Assembly: GCA_024137785.1 (NCBI GenBank)
Contig: JAHRHZ010000009.1
Span: 7,522,428 to 7,586,427 of the forward strand
DNA from: Ginglymostoma cirratum
Taxonomy: Eukaryota
Direction of reading: 5' to 3'
DNA length: 64,000 nt
The first letter of the stretch is position 1. Each line of letters opens with the position of its first letter. The position numbers and the translations under genes were made by a program. Positions 1-12,239 of this stretch are shown here, in pieces. Below the pieces are notes generated by a model. That model saw only the letters and a list, made by a program, of their open reading frames with translations. It had not been told where the DNA came from and searched no databases.

Positions 1-378
1 GCAAGACAGTGCTACGAAGTGAGGTTCGGCAAACTGGGCCTGTGAGAAGTGAACTTGTTGCCATTTACAAAATACTTAAAGGGATCGACAGGGTAGATGC
101 AGGTAAGACATTTTCCCTCAACTAGAATTAGAGGGCTTAATTTAAATATAAAGGGGAAGCCACTTAGTTCTCAGGAGATTTCTTTCTTACACAGAGGGTT
201 GTGAATCTTTGTAATTCTCTACCCCAAAGGGCTTTGGAAGCTCAGTCTTTAAGAATGTTCAAGATTGAGATCGATGGATTACTGATTACCCATGGTGTAC
301 AGAGTTATGGGAATGGGATGAATAAATGTTTTGGATCAGCCACGAATGTCAGAGCTGGCTGAATGGCTTCCTCCTATT
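1..378 (+). mobile_element. CR1-type LINE 3' end fragment
   Basis: Decayed CR1 ORF2 C-terminus/3'UTR motifs (tacaaaatacttaaagggatcgacagggtagatgc; cagagggttgtgaatctttg..aattctctacc; ggctgaatggcttcctcct), similar to the better preserved copy at 21592-23050. Confidence 0.75.
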
Positions 379-380
379 CA

Positions 381-1007
381 GGTGGGACTTGAACCTCTGC
401 CTCTTGGCTCAGAGAGAGGGGCACTACCACTGTGAAACAAGAGCTCGCTGTATAATACTTTATAATCAACCTAGGGTATGGGCCAAATGTGACTAGTTCA
501 GTTTAGAAAACCTGGTTGGCCTGTTGCTGTATGACTGTATGACCATATATCTGTTCTGAGATGCTATTATACAGTTCCAGAGCTGGTGGGATGTGAAGCT
601 GGTTGTCCTAGCTCAGAGGCAGGGACACTACCACTACATAACATGAGCTTTCTTTGTCAGATATCTTCTAATCAACCTGTTACGAGATGAGTAGTTATTA
701 CACACCTCTGGAGCAGTTAGGACTTGACATTGGGTCCCCTGGCTCAGAGGTAGGGACACTACCACTGTGCAACAAGAGCTCTCTCTGTTAGATACCTTCT
801 AATCAACTTCGTCGGTAATGTTATGACAGAGCAGGTGGGGGAGTTGAACATGGTTCTCCTGGCTGGGAGGTAGGAACATGCCACTTTGCAACAAGAGCTT
901 TGTCAGATTTTTTTCTACTCCACCTGTTCTGAGATGTTATTGCACGCCTCTGGAGCAGTTGGGACTGGAACCTGGGTCTACCGTCTCAGAGGCATGTACC
1001 CTGCTCC
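381..1007 (-). repeat. Tandem array of ~5 diverged ~125-bp tRNA-like SINE-head units
   Basis: Recurring ggctcagagg.agggacactaccactgtg..acaagagct..ctaatcaacctgtt at ~381, 551, 682, 808, 929. On the minus strand it reads as A-box-like (tgcacagtggtag) and B-box-like (gttcaagtccc) motifs. Confidence 0.65.
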
Positions 1008-1033
1008 TGGATCACAGCAGCTTCCCTTATGTA

Positions 1034-1601
1034 TCAGAGATAAAAGGTGCTGCAGATGCTGGAGAATCCGAGATAACAAGCATGGGGCTGGATGAACACA
1101 GCAGGTCAAGCAGCATCATAGGAGCAGGAAAACTTGACGTTTCGGGCCTAAACCCTTCATGATGNNNNNNNNNNNNNNNNNNNNNNNNNNNNNNNNNNNN
1201 NNNNNNNNNNNNNNNNNNNNNNNNNNNNNNNNNNNNNNNNNNNNNNNNNNNNNNNNNNNNNNNNNNNNNNNNNNNNNNNNNNNNNNNNNNNNNNNNNNNN
1301 NNNNNNNNNNNNNNNNNNNNNNNNNNNNNNNNNNNNNNNNNNNNNNNNNNNNNNNNNNNNNNNNNNNNNNNNNNNNNNNNNNNNNNNNNNNNNNNNNNNN
1401 NNNNNNNNNNNNNNNNNNNNNNNNNNNNNNNNNNNNNNNNNNNNNNNNNNNNNNNNNNNNNNNNNNNNNNNNNNNNNNNNNNNNNNNNNNNNNNNNNNNN
1501 NNNNNNNNNNNNNNNNNNNNNNNNNNNNNNNNNNNNNNNNNNNNNNNNNNNNNNNNNNNNNNNNGACCTGCTGTGTTCATCCAGCCCCATGCTTGTTATC
1601 T
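1034..1601. mobile_element. Short Penelope-like (PLE-derived) element with inverted arms and 16-bp target-site duplication; interior is a 400-N gap
   Basis: Direct repeat cagcttcccttatgta at 1018-1033 and 1602-1617. Exact 38-bp inverted repeat 1070-1107 / 1565-1602. N run 1165-1564. Confidence 0.75.
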
Positions 1602-1619
1602 CAGCTTCCCTTATGTAGC

Positions 1620-2360
1620 CTCCTCAGTCAGCAGGACCCTGGAGGCGGAGGGAGCCGAAGCTGTTCGGTAATCTCCGGAGCAGCCCGAGGCGCGGTGCAC
1701 TGTGGGTGCTGGTGCCGAGCCGCTCTGCCATATTTACCAGAGCCGCCATTTTGTCGCTGTTGCCGCCGCGTCTCCGTGGGCGAGGCCTCGGGGAATCTGC
1801 GGCCGCTGGAAGCCCTCGACCGGGGAAACGATAAACTCGAGCGTCGGGCGGACGGGAGAGGGGGAAGTGAGTTAGTCTAGGGTGTGATCTTCGATCCGTG
1901 CGTCCCCTCGCTGTTCCCCTCCCCTCCCCACGCCACCCCCCCCCCCGACTTGAGCCGGGCTCCGCGCCGGCGGCGGCTGCTGCGATGGGCCGGTCTCGGA
2001 GTCGCAGTTCGTCGCGCTCGAAGCACGCCAAGAGCAGCAAGCACGGCAAGCGGCGGACCCGCTCGCACTCGCGGGACAAGGAGAGGCCGCGCAAACGCTC
2101 CAAGTCCCGGGAGAAGAAGAGCCGCCGGCACGCGGCCAACCGGGAGTCGCGCTCCCGCTCCCGCTGCCGGACCACCCCGGAGCGCATCGACATCTTCGGC
2201 CGCAACCTGAGCAAGAGGAGCAGCCTGGATGAGAAACAGAAGCGGGAGGAGGAGGAGAAGAAAGCTGAGCTGGAGAGGCAGCGCAAGATGTGAGTGCTGC
2301 TGCTCCTTGATTACTATCGGGCCTGGTCCGAATGCATGAGGCCTCGGCCTCGGTTTTTGA
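1620..2360 (+). promoter_or_regulatory. ARGLU1: CpG-island promoter/5'UTR of ARGLU1 with YY1 site
   Basis: Abrupt GC/CpG-rich segment spanning exon 1; canonical YY1 motif GCCGCCATTTTG at 1742-1753. The TSS itself cannot be fixed from sequence. Confidence 0.8.
1985..2289 (+). CDS. ARGLU1: ARGLU1 (arginine and glutamate-rich protein 1) coding exon 1
   Basis: ATG 1985; MGRSRSRSSSRSKH...RIDIFGRNLSKRSSLDEKQKREEEEKKAELERQRK matches the ARGLU1 RS-rich N-terminus; donor AT|GTGAGT at 2290 (phase 2). Confidence 0.97.
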
Positions 2361-3249
2361 AACCGTCAGGGGAGGGGATGGGCTTCCTGTCTGGGAGAGT
2401 GACCTGTACTGATGTGGGGTTGGCTGGGGAAGGGGAGAACGGGGGGTAATGGTGATTGGAGAAGGGAGAGCGCAGTGAATTTTCGGAGGCGGCCTAGGCC
2501 TGAGGCCAGCAGCAGTGGTTTCAGTTTGGTGAGCGATCTAAAATGGCAGCCTACCCCTCAATTAAAGAAAGAGTGCCCACACTTCATGTCCCTCTTGTAG
2601 GGTGGTGTTGGGGGGTGGGTAGAGTCTGACTTCGCATGTACTGGGAGAAATTGTGGGTAGACCACGAATGCATAACCCTTGTGTGGAATTTTTATGATAG
2701 TTTATTTTGTGAACTTTCCGTTAATCATATGCTCATTGCCATCCCGTCCATAACCTTGCAGTGATTGCATTAAGCCTGTTAATCGTTGGAAAAGAGTTTT
2801 GTTAATATGCTGTGTGGCTCAGCAAACTACTTGGAGAGGTTTTGATTGGGTCATTTCCTGTGAAAGGTTATTTCCCACTGGTTGTTAAAGACAGCCCATT
2901 AGATTGGATGGACTCTGGCAATTGAAAGGCTAAAAGTGTTCCTCTTCCATTGTTGAGGCTGGTTTCCCAGTGGAAAGAGATGAAATTGTAAAATTAATCT
3001 GAATTCAAATGCATTTGAGTCCTGTGCAAAAGTAGATGTGGACATGTTGGTGCTTAATGGGCATTGTGAATGCAATATCATTGTGACACTGATTCTACAA
3101 TGCTTTCCAAAATTATGGCCAGAATTATTTTAGATTAAAATGCACATTAAAAAATATAACACTATACATGTTTGATTTGCAGTCTGCATACAATTCCAAT
3201 TTTGTTGCAGGTTTCCGTGTATACCTTTCTAGAGCTAGGTTTATATTTT

Positions 3250-3530
3250 TTGAGCCTGGAAGAATGAATGGTAATCTCATTGAAAAATAGACCATTCCTA
3301 AGAGTTGACAGGGTATGTGCAGGAGGACTCTTTCTTCTGACTGGGGAATCTACAATAGGACCTGGAGTTGACTATTTTGGACTGAGATGATTAATCTCCA
3401 CTATGGAGGTTCAATTGAGATCAATATATCTTTAGACACTATGAATCAGTGACTTAAGAGCAATGGGGGAAGCTGAAATATAGGTAGATATTACTGAATC
3501 GTGGAGCAATCTTGAAGGCCTATTGCTAAT
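3250..3530 (+). mobile_element. Decayed CR1 3' fragment
   Basis: agaatgaatggtaatctcattgaa..gttgacagggta..ggggaatcta motifs shared with other CR1 copies. Confidence 0.5.
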
Positions 3531-3879
3531 CTCCTTTCTTTCTTGCTTCTTGCCTCCAAGAAGCTCTTGTCTGTGTAACTTGTTGCTGCTCATTGACCCT
3601 ATTTCTACAAAACTGCCGACTACCTGACTTAATTCTTGATTTTAAGTTATCTCTTGGTTTTACTCTTAATGCTTCTGGCCCCTGATACTGCCATTCTCCC
3701 CTTAAATCAACCATCAGCGCTTCTCTAAGTGATTGATCCTTCTACCCTTCTCCATCTCTCTTTACAGCTTAAGATCTTGAACTTATCTGTTCATTTTTTT
3801 TCCTGTAAGTTCATGTTTGGATTGTTCCAATAACGTTTTCACTCCTGCCACAAATTTGATTCCTTGTTTCTTTCTGTAT

Positions 3880-4932
3880 GGTGTGTCATCCCTTCTTGAC
3901 CAGTCAGCAACCTTTGATACTACTTGCTGCCATCCTGTTCTCACACCTTCGTTATTCAGCTGTGTCAGACTGAACACGTCTGGTTCGATTCTTCTTCATC
4001 CAGTCAGAGGCAAAGCATTTGCTTCTGTTCACGTTGCAATGCCAGCGTCTCTCGAATCCCTCAAAGATCCCACCCCACCCCACCCCCACCCTGCCGCCAG
4101 CCCGTTTGTTATCACGTGCTTCCCTTGTTGAAATTCAAATTTGCAATGTCATGTTCCAAATAGCCCATCAGCTCTTTTAGTTCCTCGAAAATTGTTGCAC
4201 CACTTTCTTGCCATCCAGTAATGGAAGCAAAATTTTCCTCCAAAATAAATATTGGGAGGCAGAAGTTTGTCTTCAGTTCCTATTACAGGCTTTATTCCTT
4301 TGATACCAACTTCATCCCCTCTGTGTCAACAGCCTGAGGCCAGACCAGGTCTCTTGGTATTATTATTGACTCTGGTGAGTTTTTGACTGTATGTCCTTGC
4401 AGTCACAAAAACCACTATCCTCCATGTGCATAATATTGTCTGATTCTGCTTTGTGTAAGCTCATCTGCTGGAACTCTTCTCTGTGCTTCTGAGAAATCTC
4501 TACTTGCCAATTCTTATGCTTTTTGGGCTGGCCTATCACCTCCATAGATTTGGGGTTATTCAAAACTCAACTTCTCTTATCCCAACTTCCAACAACTTCC
4601 CGTCACCCCGTACTTGCTGACATACACTTGACTCTGGTTTGCTTTGTCATTGATCTTTATTTCTATGACCTGGAAGCTCCATGTCAATTAACTCCAGACA
4701 TACACCACCTGCTTGAGTTCGATGCTCCTTCACTTCTGATCTTGTACATCTCCTACTTCAATAACTCCATTGTACTTTTGGCTACCTCCGACGTAAACAC
4801 TAGAATTACATCCCGAAAGCCCTTGATAGTCTGGTCCTTTAACGCACCTTCGAAAACTACTTTAGATCAAACTGTTTATCACTTTGAGATATTTACTGTA
4901 TTTTAAAGGGTTTATAAATGTAAGTTGTGTTC
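3880..4932 (+). mobile_element. Old L2/CR1-clade LINE 3' fragment
   Basis: Pyrimidine-rich decayed body ending in an L2-like tail (cactttgagatattt..aaaggg.ttataaatgtaagttgtgtt). A similar tail lies at ~8160-8210. Confidence 0.45.
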
Positions 4933-7900
4933 AGTGTCATTATTCATTTACTTCAAAGCAGTGTTTAGCACAAAATTAGTTTAATTTCAGCTAGTCTGTT
5001 ATCCCTGGTTTGAATCTGTTTACTGTGTATGCAGAGAGTTTGAGCTATAAGCATATTTCGGTAGAAGGAAAAGGGACTGTAGTGGTCTGGCAGTGAGTTG
5101 TCATTGCAGAATATGCCCAGTATAGTCTAGTGTGTCTGCTACTATGTAGAGCGTCTAAAAGAGATCCTATTGAATAGGGGACAGCCCCTTTCTTCCATAC
5201 TGTTGGCAAATCCAACCATTTCACCTCAGTTCAGTACCTGCCTCCAACCCACCTGTTGCGTTCCATCTTCTTGCATATTTTAAGTTGGTGAATAGGTATG
5301 ACACAGGCTAAGGAAGTGGTAACAACAAATGCAAATTTGTGGGCAAGAAAATTGATAGGAGATTGACTTTCAAACATTCTTATCGTGAACTCCTCGAGAT
5401 AAAGATATTGTGAGGAGACTTGTAGGAGAGAAATGGAGGCAATTAGACAGATTTTTGGTTTGTTTGGATAGCTGTATGCGAGACCTGTGCTGCAATAGAA
5501 TAAAGTAATTTTAGAGCTGTAGTCCAATTTTGGGATACACGTGCAGGTTGCACATAAATTAAACATGGATTAAGGAAAATGGTGTTTGGTTTTCCAAGGA
5601 ACTTTTTCAGAGATTGTGTGCAGTCTAAACACTTGTCCATCAATGGTCCAGGTCTATTCAAACAAGAATTCTGTACCAATCACTTATTTTTAAATCTAAT
5701 GTTATATGCTGCAAGTCTTCTGTGCAGCCCAGGTCCTTTGTGCTTGGTGTGGCTATTAAATCAGGATGTAACTCACCTGCCTTAAAGTCAATACTGCTTA
5801 CTGATTCTTTACTAAATTTTAGAAAATGATAGACAAATTCAATTTGTGCTTCTAAAATTAAGAACACTGTACAAGGCTGATGAACAATTTTGACATAAAG
5901 ACATGTCTCGGGGTCTTGGTTGTCACTTTTCTCCTTTGAGTAGTGGTGTGACTTGTTTAATGTAGGATTGATGTTGATTGTGAACTAAGCTGTCTTATTT
6001 CCTTTCAGAAGTGTATGTATCCGATAAGTGGAAATGGAAGCAAAGTTAGAAGAACTAATTCCGAAACGAGGGGGAATTTCTGTGCTTGAAAATAGAATGA
6101 GTACCAGTCTGTGTTTGTGTCTATATATCTGCAAGTGTGTATTTGTTTTGTTTAGATTAAAGATAAACGTTTTCAGTTCCCCTTCATCTAACATTACAGA
6201 TTTCCAATGCCTCATGTCTGTAATTAACTAAGAAATGAGAAGATAAAAAGTAATGTTAGTGACCTACTACCTACCTCTTCCTCCTCTAGCTTTCCACTGT
6301 TGCTATTGCTAGTTTCACCAGCCATCGTCATATGCTTGTTGCCCAAATCTATCCGCCTGTTCCTTTTCTTGTTATTCATTCTGAGGTCATTTCATATATA
6401 ATAAAAAATCAGGTATAGGATACTTAGCAGCCCCCTCTTCCAACCTCCGCATGTTTTCCAGTGAACTCAGAATTGAACTCTATGCTATTAAGTTCACATT
6501 TCCCAAATAATTTATCACTTAACTCTTCCAAGGCTGCTGATCAGTGTCGTATTACAAATGGTCATATGCCATGGAATCTCATGGGCTAAAATCTATCACA
6601 TGGGTGCACCTTTACTCAATCCCCTACATTATTGGGTTTATAAATTCTAGGAGTAGAAAGAAGTATTCTTAACCCATTATTTCTCACCTCATTTCCTCTT
6701 TCCCGACTGTGTTACTCACGCAATAATGAAAAGATGTGCCTCATTAAAAATATTTCGGGTCTGTGAAATTTCGTTATCGTTTGAGTAGGTGCTCTTTTTT
6801 AAAAACAGCTGAGAGGCATGTCTGCTTCAAAGCTGGGATGTATATTCCTAAAATCAAAATGTATCATCAGGCGATGATGTCAAATTAATTGAGTCTGTTG
6901 CTACAAGCTTGGAAAGTGCTACAGTCATTTCAGATGTTATGTTGTTACCTTATAGCAATTCAGTAGCCCAGTCTTTAATAATTTCTAATATTGCCAGCTT
7001 TACTTGTTGAATTCTTCATGAGCTCTAAAGTACCTAATAACAGAATGCTTCAGGAGTCAGAGTTCAGACACCTGTTGATGAATGAATAAACATATATGTG
7101 CTATACATGAAGAATTACACTATTCAAACAATACCGCTTAACTTTATATTCCTTCATTTGTTCTGACAAAGGTCACTGAACTGAAGATGTTAACTCTGTT
7201 TTTCTCTACAGATGCTGCCAAGCCTGCTGAGTTTCTCCAGTACTTTCTGTTCTTGTCTCTCAACTTTGTTTTCTTCCTTTTAACTATTATATGAATGTGC
7301 AAACTTTGTCGGAGAACAGTAACCCTGAGTATTTTAATGGCTCATAGAGCTTATGAATGTTGAACCATCCCTGTTCTCAAATACCCTTAAAGCAGTAATT
7401 GCTGAACGGTCATGGCTGAAATCGTTTCTTCTGTTCCTCCAGATAATGGTCGAGAGTGTTAACTCCTAAAGTAAATGATTTGCTGATGGAGTTGAGAGAA
7501 GTTTGAGTACGAGCACTAGTATTGGTCCCATGTGCCCGCCCTGCTCCCATGTCTTTTTCTTTTTCAAACTTATTCCTTATTTAACCCTCTTATAAGTGTT
7601 GACACGCTGTCTCCTTCAGTCACCAACTCTCGACATTCATTAGGTGCGCCATCCGACGGATTAAAAGAAAGCAGTGTTTCTCCCTGTTTCAGTCCTGACT
7701 CTCAATATTTTTTTGTCTTGACTTTTTCTCTGATGCTTCTCTGGCTGACCTTCCCCTTATAAGGGCCAGTACTCATCAAACAATCTGTTTGCTTCCTGAT
7801 TCATTGCCCAGCATGCTCATTGACTTACAGTGGCTCCTGATCTGACATCAAGTTTGAAATTTTTATCCTTGGCTTCATGTTTCACCGTGGCTTTACCTTT

Positions 7901-8949
7901 CCTTAACTTGACACGTTCCACCAGTCAATTGACCTTCAGAGATCTCTGAAGTTACTGACACTTGTGCGTGGCTGATTTCAGTCATTTCAATGTTGTTGAC
8001 TGTGTTTTCAGTTTTCTAAATTCTAACCTTGTGAATTTCCTACCTAAAACTCTGGTTCTCTGCATCTCTCCCCTCTGAAGATGCTCCTTTATCAAGGTTT
8101 TGGTCATCTGCCCTAATATTGGCTTGTCTGGCTCTGTGTCAATTTTTTGTCAGATGTATTGGTTTGGGATGCTTTGTAATGTTAAGTATGTTAACTAAAT
8201 ATAGTTGTTCAGTGTGTTACACTCAGTCTTCTGTGTAAAGCCCCTCATTCTATTTAAGAACTAAAAACATTTTCTGTTCTGTCTGTTCCTTTTATAGTCA
8301 ATTAAATTCCTATCATTTACCCTATTTTGTAAGAATACACTGTCTCAGTTTTTCAATTGATCTTTATGTTGCCTCACACCAATTAGTATTTCTATAAAAC
8401 TGCAAACCACTATTACCTAAGGAGTTGTATGTATATAGTAAAGCTCAGGCTGCAGAATATTCCCACTATTGGCTTGTTAAGGTTTTATATAGATTGACTA
8501 TTATCTTTTAACTTCTATATCTTTACCTAGTTCCTAGGATTCTATTTACTTTTTTATGACTTTGAGATTCTCCTTTTGTCTTGGGAATGTAAGCTTTCAC
8601 ATTCCTTGTCCTTTCTGCCTGAATTTATTTACACATTTGTGCTAAGATTTTGTTTTAGGTACAGCAGTCTTCATACCGAGGTTGTGTATACATCAGATGA
8701 ACATAAAAGATCCCAGGGCACTATTTTAAGTATGGTATTTTCTCAGTGTGGCTACCAGTAATTGCCTCTGAATCAACATCTCTAAAACAGACACTCTGAT
8801 CATTTTCTGCATTGCTATTTGTGGGGACCTTGCTTTTGAAAATTGTTTACCATCTGTGCCTGCAGTTGTAATGAAAGAAATAGGAGCAGGAGAAAGCCGT
8901 GCAGCCTCTTAAGCTTCCTCTGCCATTCAATATAATTGTGGTTGGCCAT

Positions 8950-9870
8950 AACATTTGATATGGGAAATGGCGAGCTATTTGTACTGCACTTGATTCCAAA
9001 TATCATTTGATAAGGTTCCACATGTAAGGTTATTGTGTGAAGTGGGAGTTCATGCTGTAGCATGGTTAGAAGGCTGGCTGGCTGGCAGAAAACAGTGCAT
9101 AAATGAGCCCGGGTCTCGACCCGAAACGTCAACTTTTCCTGCTCCTCTAATGCTGCTTGGCCTGCTGTGTTCATCCAGCTCCACAACGTTTTATCATAAA
9201 TGAGCCCTTCTTGTTTTGGCAAGATATCATTGGGGACCCACATGAGGTCTGCGCTTTCCCCTCAACTTTGTAAGTTTATATCAATGACTTAGATGAGACA
9301 GTCAAAGGCATCTTGGTAGATTTGCAGATAGGAACATAGAAACAAGAGGATGCGATTCAGCTCCTTGAACCTGTTCCACCACTTAATACGATCATGGTTG
9401 ATCTGTGGCCTCACTCGATATACCTGCCTTTGGTCCGTATCCATATCCATATTACCTTTGTGTAACAAAAATTTATCTACTTCAGATTTTATATCTAACA
9501 AGTGATTGAGCATCTACTGCTGTTTGTGGCAGTGTGTTCCAAATATCTATCAGTTGTTTTTTGTGTAGAAGTGCTTCATTACATCTCTACCAATGGAAAT
9601 AGTTTATTTTTATCAATCCTGTTTTTTGTTCTGTTGATATCTTGAAAACTTGAATCAGATCACCCCTTAGCCTTCTAAATTCTAGAAATAACAGGCCAAA
9701 TTTATAGAAAATCTTCTCATATAACAAAGATAACGCAAAAATAGGTAGAAAAATATGTTGTGAAGATGACAAAACAAGGATTCAGACCAAGATAGAAGTT
9801 GAGTGGGCAAAAATTGAGCAGTTAGAATGCAAAGTAGGAAAACGGAAGTAGTTTATTCTCCCTGATAGAA
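8950..9870. mobile_element. Nested CR1 remnants: + strand RT fragment interrupted by a minus-strand CR1 3' end (~9333-9730)
   Basis: + strand remnants of FDKVPH, YINDLD and FAD motifs; minus-strand ORF 9587..9772 contains GLLFLEFRRLRGDLIQVFKI, typical of CR1 ORF2. Confidence 0.7.
9111..9194 (+). mobile_element. 84-bp PLE-derived insertion with 13-bp TSD
   Basis: cataaatgagccc at 9098-9110 and 9195-9207. The body is the reverse complement of the family at 1070-1160. Confidence 0.8.
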
Positions 9871-10229
9871 AGATTAAAGTGAAGGTGAATAGTCACAGAA
9901 CAAAGCAGGATTACGTAAAGAATATAGACAATAATACTGTGAGCACATACATACAATCAACAAAATCATAGGTATCCAGCAAATTGACTTGTTTTTCTCT
10001 TGTTGGTCTCTTGTATAGATACCTAAACAAGATAGCAGGAAAACGTCTAGTAGGCATTCACAGTATTATTGGGATACATTACAACTGGGTAAACTAGGCG
10101 GTAGCCTAGACACAGTCATCTACAACTGTTGCATCAATGACCTTCCCTCCATCGTAAGATCACAAGTGGGGATGTTCACTGATGTAATGATTAGGACCAT
10201 TCATAATTCCTCAGATGGTGAAGCAATCT

Positions 10230-10822
10230 ATCTGAACGTGGCAGAACTTTGCAATGGTGAGTAGGTCCAGCAGTGTGGACTTGTGGTGACAACGTCAGAG
10301 GAGAGTTAGCATCCCAGGCAGCTTCTGCATTGTCAAAGCAGCCCTTGCACCGACTCATGACTGCTGCTGCGGAGTCAAGTTTGGGTTCCCAACGGTGTCT
10401 GCGTCCAGTGCAGATTCAAGGAGGCAGAGGCAAGTTTGGGCCCCATACGAGACCCAGCAGCATCAGCACTGGCTGCATTGCCATGGTGTGTCTAAAGTTT
10501 GGACAGGTACAGTACTGGACAGCATCAGTGACGTCTGCATTGGCAAGGACATTGGTGAATGTGAGATGGTGCCGAAGCTGGTTCCGGCAGCCATGGCATG
10601 ATGAAGTTCATGCCTGCCCACCAGGCCCATGATTGAGCACTTAACAAGAAAGACTGTAAAGTTAGACAGTTTTTCTTTATTTTTTCTGCCTTTATATTTT
10701 ATGTTGTGATTTCCTTTTGTGTTTTAAGATGGCTCCAGGGAGTGGCGACACTATACAACACTTCTTGCTGTAATTTTGTATCAAGATACATGTGACAATT
10801 ATTAAATCAAATCAAATCAAAT
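10230..10822 (+). mobile_element. Unclassified interspersed repeat with (AATCA)n tail
   Basis: GC-richer body, then aagatggctcc..tacatgtgacaat..(aaatc)3. A related 3' end lies at 29660-29790. Confidence 0.4.
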
Positions 10823-12239
10823 AACAATACGGTGACAACACATCATATGTTTAGTTGCTAAATTTTAATATTCTAAATTCATTGGCACTACTCATCCTGA
10901 CTAAAGCAAAGTATGACTACTACTACTTCAGACGTTAAACATGTTTACACCTAGTTTACCTGTTTGCAATGTATCACAATCATTAAAAATTAATTTGGAG
11001 AATTGCATTAGATCTTGGCAATTGCAAAACTCCATTTCTTAGGAAAGAGTTTTGAAGTCTGCTTTAAGACAATTAAGTTCCAAGTATTTTTCACTTCAGC
11101 ACAAGCTTCCAAGTTTAGCACTTGTTGAAAGGTTTGGTTAAAGAATCCGTCATTATGTGAAAAAACAAAAACAAGGAAAGATTGTGTAGTTCATCAAGCT
11201 ATCAGACATACTCTTGGATGGAACTAAATAGTACCTCTCTTCATTAGTCAATGCATATCTTAGGAGAGACAAAAGAAAAGAACACATATCCACATATATA
11301 AATAGACATGTCCAACAAGATAAAAAAAGAAATTCTTCTCGCAGCCTGAGACGATCCAAATAAGTTAAGGAACTCGGGGGGCCTTGAGGTACAAACTCAG
11401 CATTTCCATCTACTTGTATGCAGTACTGTTAGCCATAGCAAGGGACAAATCCTGATTTTTGTTTATCCTATTAGTACGTGTTTTCTGTACTGATACTGTT
11501 CGATCATAAGCACCTCTTCCTGAGCCATTGCAGCATCTGCTCTCCATTGCACAAGACATATGAATTGGCCTTTTTTTGCAATATCTTGATGAGAGCTTTA
11601 AGGAAGTTTGTATGTATGTTGTTCAGGTATAAATGTTCAAATGTGTCTTGTAGTTCTACTAAAATCAGATTCACAGACTGTATTTAGTTCCTCTTTGTGT
11701 ATTTCATGTTTGAATTTCCAGACTTATTTTTCAGTATGGAAAATTGCCGTTGCTGTTTTTGCTTAGTATTGTGAGTTTAAAATATTTAACTGCTTGTTTT
11801 TGTTTGGGTTTGCTTATACCAGCAATTGGAATGAATTATCTCAAGGTATCTTCCTTAGCTCACATACATCCTACGAAAGGACTAAATGTCAGCAGTTCTC
11901 TAGAACATGAAAGCTTGGCAAAATTACACTACTTGGAATGACTGTATTCAGGAAATAATGTGTTTTCCAATGGATTTCTCCTTTGATTACTGAACTCAAC
12001 AAAAAACCGACCAGACAGCTTGTTCAGCAAGTCAAAATACCACACAAATTCCGGACATCTCGGCAACTAATACAGAGTTGCTAATTTGCCATTCATTCAG
12101 ACTGCTGATGCAAATACAAAATCTGCTGCTTGAAGCTGAAGTCAGTTAACACGTGGTCAGTAGAGTAATGTGCACATGGTGTTGATAATTCATGGATTAA
12201 ATCTTTTAAATTGTCCACAGCTCCAGGTGCAGATTTGAT

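Noticed and set aside
1027-1671. Long ORFs through the first N gap (likewise 45537-46140)
   Set aside because: Artefacts of translating N runs.
1898-1984. N-terminal extension of ARGLU1 from GTG 1898
   Set aside because: Homology starts at MGRSRS (ATG 1985, good context gcgATGG); the upstream frame is open simply because it is GC-rich.
1624-2286. 220-aa minus-strand ORF and other overlapping ORFs at ARGLU1 exon 1
   Set aside because: Shadow ORFs of a GC-rich, low-complexity coding exon and CpG island; no recognisable protein.
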